From positions 813-64,812 of IMG/VR virus record IMGVR_UViG_3300002835_000172: a DNA stretch of 64,000 bases. One strand, 5' to 3'. This DNA comes from a virus. Taxonomy: Duplodnaviria > Caudoviricetes. Below, one piece after another: positions 57,408-64,000 of this stretch. Position 1 is the stretch's first letter; each line of letters begins with the position of its first letter. Under the pieces are notes generated by a model that was given only the letters and a program-made list of their open reading frames with translations, did not search any database and was not told the DNA's origin. The position numbers and the translations under genes are program-made.

Positions 57408-58885
57408 TAAATGTCGCCAAGACCTGTTTCAATTTCAAGCATTTCAAGTTCCATCAAACTGCTTAGGAACTCTTTCGCTTCGTCATCCAAAAGAGTCTTT
57501 TCTTCCGACCATTCGGCAGGAATCATGTCTTCTTTGTCAAGTTCCATTGCACGCTTCTTGATATGTGCTTTTGCTTTTTCTTTATCTTTTGCGCGACCGT
57601 AAGACATGATTGCGTTCTTCAAGTCTTCTTCATCCTTGATTGGGTATGAGCCGTCTGGCAAAGCCATTCCGCCCTTAGCCATTTCGTCACGCTCATCTTC
57701 GCTGTACATTGCCTTAAGGGCAACGTCGGCTACTTCTGCATCAATGTCTGCGGCTTCTTCGGGATCGTATTCATCAAATCCGAGGATCTCACCGTCAACA
57801 CCAACATAAACATCGTATGACTTTCCGTCTACGCCTTCAATTTCTACAGCGTAAGCGTCGTAACCGTCAAACATGTCGGCATCAACAGAAACAACTTCGC
57901 CTTCAATTGACTTGGTTGCAATATCTGAAGCCTCGCTGAACGAGATTACTTTTTGTCCGGGTACGGTTGCTACTTCACCAATCAAATCTTCATTCAAAAG
58001 GTGCCAGCCCATGCACTCGCCTGACGAACCATCAAAGTAAGCCTCAACTGGCTTTCCATCTTTGCGTTGAACATCAACAACAAAAACATCAACTTCGTCT
58101 GCGTAGCCAGAGTCAAGAACTTTTCCTGCGAACATGCTTTCTGCCATGCCTTCAATTTCAAGCAGGCTTGGCATTGTGTCTTGTTGTTCACATCCACCTG
58201 GGCATGATGCACAGATTTCTGAACCGCCCGCATAGACGCGACGCTCAATGGCGCAAACAAAAGCAAGATCGTCATAGTCGGCAGACTTGACGCCCATTGT
58301 TTCCATGCGCTTAGCGCGAGCCTTCTTGCGTTGCTCCATCATCTTTTCAATCTCGCTGTACATCTTCTCTTCTTCATCATCAAGATCTTCGGGCATGTCT
58401 TCTTCGTCGTCTTCTTCTTCCATATCTACGACTTCAGTAGGCTTCTTTTTCTTTTTTGCAGGAGCAGGGGTCATTCCCTCTTCCATCATTGCGAGATCTT
58501 CTTCCATCTTTGCTCCCTTTTCGTCTGAAGCGGAAACCCACTCAGATTTTTCGGTTGCTACTTCTGGTGCTGCGTCAGCAGGTACGGCTTCTTCCGTTTG
58601 CGTGACAGCCTTTGCTCCACACTTGCCACAAACTTTTGCTCCCGGCTTGTAGCCACATTCTGCTAACTCCAAACCTTTGGCGCATTCAATTCCGCCGTCT
58701 GCAAGAAGTTTTACTGTTGGTGTTTCGCTAGCCATGTTCGTGGACTCCTTGTAGTGCATTGTTTTTGCAATACACTTTGTTGGATTAGAGCAAACAGAGC
58801 ATGGCGTCAAGCGTTTATCGCCTGACATCAGACACTGATATTTTGCTGTTTTTTGTGGTAAACCTGTTATTGAAGTATAACCCAT
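57407..58885 (-). CDS. acidic multidomain protein with PepSY-like repeats and a DUF6582-like domain
   Basis: ISFSEASDIATKSIEGEVVSVD..YAVEI....YDVYV...GEIL (PepSY-like); GMALPDGSYPI...DLKNAI..GRAK..HIKKRA; alternative start at 58735 has an AAGGAG RBS. Confidence 0.6.
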   Translation of the reverse strand: MGYTSITGLPQKTAKYQCLMSGDKRLTPCSVCSNPTKCIAKTMHYKESTNMASETPTVKLLADGGIECAKGLELAECGYKPGAKVCGKCGAKAVTQTEEAVPADAAPEVATEKSEWVSASDEKGAKMEEDLAMMEEGMTPAPAKKKKKPTEVVDMEEEDDEEDMPEDLDDEEEKMYSEIEKMMEQRKKARAKRMETMGVKSADYDDLAFVCAIERRVYAGGSEICASCPGGCEQQDTMPSLLEIEGMAESMFAGKVLDSGYADEVDVFVVDVQRKDGKPVEAYFDGSSGECMGWHLLNEDLIGEVATVPGQKVISFSEASDIATKSIEGEVVSVDADMFDGYDAYAVEIEGVDGKSYDVYVGVDGEILGFDEYDPEEAADIDAEVADVALKAMYSEDERDEMAKGGMALPDGSYPIKDEEDLKNAIMSYGRAKDKEKAKAHIKKRAMELDKEDMIPAEWSEEKTLLDDEAKEFLSSLMELEMLEIETGLGDI

Positions 58886-58939
58886 ATTAGTGTTTTGTTT
58901 TTGTTACAAATGGAACAGTCTTAAAAACCGTTTTTTTAT

Positions 58940-61042
58940 TTACATTGAGTCCATGATGTTGAGCAACGCATCAAATGCTTCGTCCTCTACACCATCAATC
59001 TCAACGATCACTCCGTCCTCGGTGACTTCTGATTTGATTTGATAATAATCCAGAATTGGATCCAAAAGTTCTTTGACTTCGTACAGTGACCGTTCAGCAG
59101 AAGAAACCATGAGAGTTTCTTTCTCATCCAACGACAATGACTTAGCCTCAATCTCTGAAGCCACACCACCCGAACTCAACACTTCCTTGAGAAGGTTGAA
59201 AGCGTTCTGTAGTTTTGTCATATTCCGTGAACTGATAACCCGTCCTGCTTTGACTTCAATGTCTTCATCGGCGTCTTTGCCCATGAGTTCAGCAATAGCC
59301 GCCATCAGCATGCCCATCATCTGCTTAGGGTCTTTGCCTCCGCCACCGCAACCACAGTCATCATCGTCGTCAGAGTCTTTGTAGTAAGGCATTTCCATAA
59401 CTCCGCCGTTATCATCATCGCCTTCCATGACCCAGTTTTTCTTATCTGCCATGTAGTTGATGAAATCGGGCTCATCATTCATGAATTGTTTCAGAGCCTC
59501 ATAAGCCTTTTCGTTGCCTTCGTCTTCGTTCTCAAACTCAACATCTTCCATTTTCATGGTTTCTTCTGTTTCATCTGATTCTGCCAAACGGTCAGCCATA
59601 GCCTCCATCATTTCGTAACCCTTTTCCTCAGAGTCAAGGAAGTCAAATATTGACTTAATTTCTTCTTCGGTCATGGTTTCAAGCGATTTGCCGGGCTTGA
59701 GTACTCCCCTAAGACGGTTATTGAATTCGTTGTCGTCCCAGTTCAACTTGCGTAGTTTGCCACGACAGTTCTTCATGCCCGGATGATGACATCCTTCGTT
59801 CGGCCAGAGACCAGTTGTTTCATGGTGAAGCCAAGCGCAAATATTGCTCAACGGGTAAAGTTCAGGGTGGTTGGCGAGAATTACGCGACAACGACGGAAT
59901 CCACCCGGCTTTTTCATAATTGGGCGCCAGTAGCGGAGCAGTTTTTCAAGGTTTCCACGACGCGGACCGTATCCACGGGTACGGGCGGTAACAATTTCTT
60001 GTGGAATGATGCCACCAAGTGGGTCAGCCTTTTCAGGTGACTTTGGTTTCACGCCTGCTGGTACTTGAGGATCCGCGTCAAGGTTGTATCGGTCTTCGTA
60101 CCTGCGTTCAGCGTCAGAACCGCTTGGCTTATCTCCATCAACATTGATGTAAACAACCTGTGGCTTTACCCTTGTGGCTTCGCCAATCATGAATTGTCCA
60201 TCTTCGTAATGGTATGAAACGCGCATCGTCATGATGCCTTGACCTTCTACACGGTGGTCAAAAATTGCGCTATTTGCATCTGATTCACGAATCCTTACCG
60301 CGCCACCAAACTTCTTTGCCAAGGCAAGGGGAAGGTTTTCTTCACGACTGCGGTTTGGCATAGGTGCATCAATTGCGTCATCGTCTTGTTCTGGCTTCGC
60401 TTCTGCCTGTGGCTTATTGCGTTGCATGTTGCTCGCCATGAAGCGTGCAAGAAGCGAACGACCCGCTTCAGTAATGTTGCCATTTTCTTCACGCATGTAA
60501 CCTTTTTGGTCATTGCCTTCAAATGACTTGATTGAGATTGTTCCCGTAAGTTGGTTTGCGCCGTGAAGAACAGGGCTTGCTTCGTACAGTTCAACCTTCT
60601 TCAATACGTTTGCTTGGCGCTGTGGGTCAAAATCAGCATCAAGGGTTTTGTAGCCGATTGACCACTCTTGCTCTTCGCCGAAGAAAGCAACATCAGCAAA
60701 AGCCTGACGACCGCGTTCTGATTTCAGATTGAACTGAACTTTGGCATATAGACCGCCAATACCAGCGGCACGCATCTTCATTGGAAGTCGTGGATCCGAT
60801 GGTGGAACTTCGTACATTTCAAGAACTTTGCCGATTGGCTCATTCCAGTTGTGACCCCAAACAACACGGGGTTTGCGCCTCTTGAGGCTGTCTGTGAAAG
60901 CGCCCGGAACGATGATGTCGCCGACACTGTCCTTGTTGCCAATTCCCGCAACGAAACATTCAACTACGCCTTGCGCTTCGTCAATGTTGAACTGACCTTG
61001 TAGCGCCTTGTATTGCTGTGTTTCGGTCATCGTCGTAGACAT
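58940..61042 (-). CDS. HK97-type prohead (capsid maturation) protease with long multidomain C-terminal extension
   Basis: GNKDSVGDII.PGAF, VVWGHNW..PIG, WSIGY, LYEASPVLHGAN; later YW..PGGFRRC..CAWLHHETTGLWP and EVKAGRVISSRN. Confidence 0.9.
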   Translation of the reverse strand: MSTTMTETQQYKALQGQFNIDEAQGVVECFVAGIGNKDSVGDIIVPGAFTDSLKRRKPRVVWGHNWNEPIGKVLEMYEVPPSDPRLPMKMRAAGIGGLYAKVQFNLKSERGRQAFADVAFFGEEQEWSIGYKTLDADFDPQRQANVLKKVELYEASPVLHGANQLTGTISIKSFEGNDQKGYMREENGNITEAGRSLLARFMASNMQRNKPQAEAKPEQDDDAIDAPMPNRSREENLPLALAKKFGGAVRIRESDANSAIFDHRVEGQGIMTMRVSYHYEDGQFMIGEATRVKPQVVYINVDGDKPSGSDAERRYEDRYNLDADPQVPAGVKPKSPEKADPLGGIIPQEIVTARTRGYGPRRGNLEKLLRYWRPIMKKPGGFRRCRVILANHPELYPLSNICAWLHHETTGLWPNEGCHHPGMKNCRGKLRKLNWDDNEFNNRLRGVLKPGKSLETMTEEEIKSIFDFLDSEEKGYEMMEAMADRLAESDETEETMKMEDVEFENEDEGNEKAYEALKQFMNDEPDFINYMADKKNWVMEGDDDNGGVMEMPYYKDSDDDDDCGCGGGGKDPKQMMGMLMAAIAELMGKDADEDIEVKAGRVISSRNMTKLQNAFNLLKEVLSSGGVASEIEAKSLSLDEKETLMVSSAERSLYEVKELLDPILDYYQIKSEVTEDGVIVEIDGVEDEAFDALLNIMDSM

Positions 61043-61138
61043 GGTTCTCCAATTAAAAGTTGTTTATTAAACAATAAACTATTTGGAGTCCCAAAACGGG
61101 AACACTTTAAGTATAACCCCTGTATTTTACTGAAAATA

Positions 61139-63343
61139 CTATTCAGTGAAACCAAAACGCAAACGGCAACGACAATTGAAAGTCAATGCAGGCGGAGCAA
61201 CTGGATCACCGGGAAAGCGCAATGCAAGACCATCAACGATGAACCCGTCACCGAACTCAACCGTTTTGCCTTCAAGGAATTTGTGAGCATTACGCACACG
61301 CGAATCTTTGCGAGTAATCCAAGTTTTTGTCATACCAACATTGTTTTCCTTGCCAGCCAAGAAGACACCGCCGTTGTATGAAGCCTGAGCCTCATGTTCG
61401 GCAATATCCCTGCGACGCTTGGAAATTAGTTTCAAGAAAATGGCGATCAAAGCCAAGCGCAAAAGCACCGAACGCTCTTCTTCGTCTTCTTCCATCAGCG
61501 CAATGGCTATAGCCGCTGCAATTTCTTCTGCCGTTGTGGTGTTCGCCTGTTGTATACGCTCTATTTGTTGCTGAGCAAGTTTCTCAACCTCTTGTGGCTC
61601 CATCACTACATTGCTACTAGTGCGGGAGGCGACATACTCTTTGGCATCAGTGTAGATAGCCAAAATGATTGGCTCTAGATCTTCTGCTAGTTGCTTGTCC
61701 CAAATCTCGCGATCAAAAATCATGTCAACTGTTAGCACACCGCTAGATATTGACTTCACTCCTCGTTTGCCAAAAGCCTTCTCCAAAACAACTCGTTGCT
61801 GTCTTTCAAAGATGCGCTCAAGAGCACGGTCAAGTATTTCCGTCCATCTGTCTGTATCTGTGTCGGCTTTTGTTTCTAGTTCTTGTACAAACTTCAGTTG
61901 CATTTCATGCTGAATTTTTTCAAACTCAGAAAGTTGCTGATCTGGTGTTAGTGCCGCCGTATCCGTAGGTTGAGCAGGCATATCAGGCGCTGGAACTGGT
62001 GTTGGTGGTGCAGGAACAGGCATCTCCATCGCGCCTTCCTGTGGAGGCAGACCCGGAGGCGCGGCGTTTGGATCAACACCCGCCATGTCAACTGGCTGTT
62101 GTTCTTCAGGCTTAAACGGCTTCTCTGTGTTCGCAATTGGCGTAAGGTTCGGGTTGGAAAGCAAACTGTCAGCAAGTTCAGAATCAACTTTTTTACGACC
62201 AGTAGCAGTACGGTATTCATTCAAACTGATGAGACCCTGTTGGAACTCGTCCATCACATATCGTTCGCGTTCTTGTTTTGCGAGAATCAGAATTGGAATG
62301 TCTTCGGTGTCAAAGTCAACATAGTATTTATCGTCAAGTTCATCAAGTGCTCGCGCCAACGTGTGAAGGTGTGGAGCCATTGTCTCCATCCAAAATACAC
62401 GGAGTTCTTCAGAAGCATTAGAGAAAGTTCTCCCCGAGGCGTTACCGATTACAGATTCAGGAACACCAAAGGCGGCGAAGATTTCGTTCTTCTGTATTTC
62501 TCGCATCTGCGTGTAAGCCGCATCTCGTGGTGAAGCAGAAGTGTCCACATAATCAACACCAGACTCTGAAGCGATCACTGTTGTTGATCCTGTTCGTGAA
62601 ATGTTTCCACGGAACCTGTTCTTCAACTCTTGCTTGTCATCGTCTTCCATGTCGCCTCTAACAACGAGAAGACCGCCCGGGCGTCCGTCGTTGATGAGAT
62701 AGTTGCGGTTATAAAGTTTTGACAGGTTCTCTAACTCAATAGCGATACCAGCAGACTCCATTGGGGTCATTGAAAGATATGGATCAAGCGGGTGTGGTCT
62801 GCGAATCCAACACACATCTTCAGGCTTTAGAACAAACTTTGTTCCGTTACGCATATCAACTTCAAAACCTTGCACGAACTTCTTTGCATCAGGAATCGGT
62901 GCTGTGTACTGTGGCGGGAGAAGTTGAAGGGCGATAATTTTTCCGTCTCGCGAACGAACCTTCTCAATGAATACGCCTCTTGTGCTCATCAAGAGTTGAG
63001 CAGAAACGCGGTATCTGAAAGCAAAAGAGTTTTCGCCTTCGTTTGACTTGGAGTTAAAAATCTCTAGTAGGGGCTTGTTGTCTTTTGTTTGCTCGCCTCG
63101 CTGATCGTTGCCTTTACGAAGAATTACGGGGAGTCTTGCTTGGTTTCCTGCGATTGCATCTATGCAACGAAACACCCAAGTAACTTTTTGCATTCCCTCG
63201 CGGTATGCACGGTCAATATCCCAACCATCTTTATACGGTTTCCCAACTCGTCCCATGTCAAAAGCAATGGGCGCACCGGGATTGGACATTGCCTTTTCGG
63301 CGCTGTTTCTGAGATCTTTATTATTTTCGCTATTCCACGCCAT
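61139..63343 (-). CDS. portal protein fused to a MuF/head-morphogenesis domain
   Basis: WVFRCIDAIA..A.LP, N.G.PGGLL, I.AAFGVP...G...TFSNA, NEYR (HK97 portal); C-terminal KTWITRKDSRVR.AH...LRFPGDP...NCRC (MuF). Confidence 0.9.
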   Translation of the reverse strand: MAWNSENNKDLRNSAEKAMSNPGAPIAFDMGRVGKPYKDGWDIDRAYREGMQKVTWVFRCIDAIAGNQARLPVILRKGNDQRGEQTKDNKPLLEIFNSKSNEGENSFAFRYRVSAQLLMSTRGVFIEKVRSRDGKIIALQLLPPQYTAPIPDAKKFVQGFEVDMRNGTKFVLKPEDVCWIRRPHPLDPYLSMTPMESAGIAIELENLSKLYNRNYLINDGRPGGLLVVRGDMEDDDKQELKNRFRGNISRTGSTTVIASESGVDYVDTSASPRDAAYTQMREIQKNEIFAAFGVPESVIGNASGRTFSNASEELRVFWMETMAPHLHTLARALDELDDKYYVDFDTEDIPILILAKQERERYVMDEFQQGLISLNEYRTATGRKKVDSELADSLLSNPNLTPIANTEKPFKPEEQQPVDMAGVDPNAAPPGLPPQEGAMEMPVPAPPTPVPAPDMPAQPTDTAALTPDQQLSEFEKIQHEMQLKFVQELETKADTDTDRWTEILDRALERIFERQQRVVLEKAFGKRGVKSISSGVLTVDMIFDREIWDKQLAEDLEPIILAIYTDAKEYVASRTSSNVVMEPQEVEKLAQQQIERIQQANTTTAEEIAAAIAIALMEEDEEERSVLLRLALIAIFLKLISKRRRDIAEHEAQASYNGGVFLAGKENNVGMTKTWITRKDSRVRNAHKFLEGKTVEFGDGFIVDGLALRFPGDPVAPPALTFNCRCRLRFGFTE

Positions 63344-63519
63344 TATTCAGATCCCAACAAGTAACCATAGATTCCGCAGGTTACTCCAAGGGCGATCAAG
63401 CCCGCTGGTAGGAAAATGAGACCCGTACCTATTGAAATTCCTGCGACGAATAAAACCATCAAACAGTTTGCAAGGTTGCGGCGCGTGAAGAAAGATTGTA
63501 ATTTTCGTAAAATGTTCAT
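63343..63519 (-). CDS. small membrane protein upstream of the portal
   Basis: 58-aa ORF (below the track cutoff), MNILRKLQ...LFVAGISIGTGLIFLPAGLIALG; stop overlaps the portal ATG. Confidence 0.65.
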   Translation of the reverse strand: MNILRKLQSFFTRRNLANCLMVLFVAGISIGTGLIFLPAGLIALGVTCGIYGYLLGSE

Positions 63520-63593
63520 TTAGACCGTCACCTTAGCAAATGAAAGACCTATGCAATACTACAGTATGTATCTAACTATTTTTACGAGGACTA

Positions 63594-64000
63594 ATGGCTG
63601 ACTGGAATAAAATTTACGAGTATCTCCAACCGAAGGAATCTTTGTTCTGTCCTGAAGAGGCTTCTCTGACTCAAAAAGTTTTTTTGCGTAGTTATGCGTT
63701 GGAGGGTCTGTTCGGTGGGGCTGCTGGTGGGGGTAAAAGTAGCGCCTTGCTTATGGCGGCTTTGCAGTATGTAGATGTCCCAAATTACTCTGCGATCCTC
63801 TTTCGTCGCACCTACGCCGACTTGGCGTTGCCGGGTGCTTTGATGGATCGTTTCCGAAACTGGGTTATGTCCTACGAGGATGTCCACTGGAATGCGAACA
63901 GTTATGTGGCTACTTTCCCTTCTGGCGCCCGTGTTTCCTTTGGCTATCTCAATAACACCAACGACTACCTTCGTTACAAAGGTTCTGAGTTTCAGTTCAT
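63594..64000 (+). CDS. terminase large subunit, N-terminal ATPase part (truncated by the window end)
   Basis: read manually: ...LFGGAAGGGKSSALL..ALQY...AILFRRTY.DL...FPSGA...FGYL...Y.G.EFQF; GAGGA RBS. Confidence 0.9.
   Translation, partial: MADWNKIYEYLQPKESLFCPEEASLTQKVFLRSYALEGLFGGAAGGGKSSALLMAALQYVDVPNYSAILFRRTYADLALPGALMDRFRNWVMSYEDVHWNANSYVATFPSGARVSFGYLNNTNDYLRYKGSEFQF

Noticed and set aside
43888-62533. Many plus-strand ORFs in the head module (e.g. 48909-49721, 53338-54018)
   Set aside because: They are antisense shadows of long, motif-bearing minus-strand genes and have no recognisable motifs.
1-64000. CRISPR array
   Set aside because: No regularly spaced 25-45 bp direct repeats with unique spacers were seen; the AGTCC motifs are separated by whole genes.
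1-64000. Stop-codon reassignment or introns/inteins in core genes
   Set aside because: Helicase, primase, RNR, capsid and portal genes are full-length and uninterrupted in the standard code, and no intein motifs were noticed.

Overview
This window is part of a large tailed dsDNA phage genome (Caudoviricetes, HK97-fold capsid). WhiB, an actinobacterial-type SSB and many apparently leaderless genes point to an actinobacterial host (inference). The first ~14 kb holds small early/accessory genes, a SNF2 helicase, an atypical tRNA-like RNA, a transglycosylase, DUF932 and SSB. The 15-40 kb region mixes replication and nucleotide genes (RuvC, WhiB, primase-helicase, two DNA methylases, class II RNR) with modification enzymes: two GT60-like GlcNAc transferases, three 2OG-Fe(II) oxygenases, two SDRs, FkbM, a PTP-like phosphatase and an HDAC-family deacetylase. 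The 40-64 kb region is a minus-strand head module (portal-MuF fusion, long prohead protease, major capsid) with a divergent, truncated terminase. The most notable feature lies between protease and capsid. It is a ~13 kb array of five large proteins that share a Cys-containing 'RCPxG...TD...C' N-terminal module and carry different C-terminal domains (three HipA/PI3-4-kinase-like, one GNAT-like). Four of the five are followed by a small partner ORF. This looks like a capsid-associated polymorphic effector system, possibly processed at Lys sites by the prohead protease and possibly countered by a phage phosphatase/deacetylase operon. All family calls are from motif recognition by eye; no database searches were run.
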